Assembly (NCBI GenBank): GCA_013334245.1
Contig: JAAXXZ010000003.1
Span: 2 to 64,001 of the forward strand
Source: Candidatus Moraniibacteriota bacterium
GTDB taxonomy: Bacteria; Patescibacteriota; Minisyncoccia; Moranbacterales; UBA1568
Reading direction: 5' to 3'
DNA length: 64,000 nucleotides
Part shown: one piece after another, positions 63,955-64,000 of the stretch
Numbering within the stretch: position 1 is the first letter of the stretch
Layout: each line of letters starts with the position of its first letter
Notes under the pieces: model-generated
The model's input: the letters and a program-made list of their open reading frames with translations, nothing else
What the model was told of the DNA's origin: nothing
Databases searched by the model: none
Program-made: the position numbers and the translations under genes

Positions 63955-64000
63955 CGTCCGTCCGGCGGGTCCCTGGCCCGCTCGGCCGGCCGACTTGCCC

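Larger units (their letters stand above)
52180..64000 (-). mobile_element. compact prophage-like / phage-derived module (packaging, head, fibre and lysis genes, all leftward)
   Basis: Colinear terL, portal, scaffold, major capsid, adaptor, fibre-like, holin and M23-LysM endolysin genes. No integrase, tail tube or tape-measure gene in the window. The right boundary is beyond the window. Confidence 0.6.

Noticed and set aside
1-64000. CRISPR arrays, rRNA genes, integrase, reverse-transcriptase or transposase genes
   Set aside because: Searched by eye for regular short direct repeats with spacers and for characteristic catalytic motifs. None found in this window.

Overview
This 64 kb window looks like a contiguous bacterial chromosome segment, roughly mid-to-high GC, with several short AT-rich islands. 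Calls rest on motifs I can read in the translations and on direct inspection of the DNA. No searches were run.

Housekeeping core:
- A complete HrcA/CIRCE heat-shock operon: hrcA, a Nudix-GrpE fusion gene, a CsaA-like gene, then dnaK. There are two perfect CIRCE operators, each overlapped by a TTGACG-17-TATAAT-type promoter.
- Other readable genes include yidD, a CorA-like transporter, RidA, a membrane-anchored SNase, engB, prfB with its canonical CTT-TGA-C programmed +1 frameshift site, ftsE-ftsX, pyrB, a phosphohexomutase, an ABC-F ATPase, an RsuA/RluB pseudouridine synthase, a cation diffusion facilitator (CDF) transporter, an HI0933-type flavoprotein, a pentapeptide-repeat protein, a T4 endonuclease V-like glycosylase and two DsbA-like proteins.
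- Two tRNA genes: tRNA-Thr(CGU) on the minus strand and tRNA-Gln(CUG) on the plus strand.

Unusual features:
- Four Nudix-domain proteins are encoded, plus CYTH, HD and Maf-like hydrolases.
- Two AT-rich single-gene cassettes share a roughly 120 bp conserved 3-prime element. One carries a RelA/SpoT-like small alarmone synthetase (toxSAS/CapRel-like). The other carries a small P-loop protein.
- At least four families of dispersed intergenic repeats are present. One shows compensatory base changes in a hairpin and is a candidate ncRNA.
- The dnaK 5-prime leader contains a tandem 157 bp duplication.
- The right 12 kb (about 52.2-63.2 kb) is a compact phage-like module, all on the minus strand: large terminase, portal, scaffold, major capsid, fibre-like proteins, holin and an M23/LysM endolysin. 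It has no obvious tail tube or tape-measure gene. An AT-rich stretch precedes it and a GC-rich structured non-coding region follows it.

Many long ORFs in the six-frame track are antisense shadows of real genes and were rejected.
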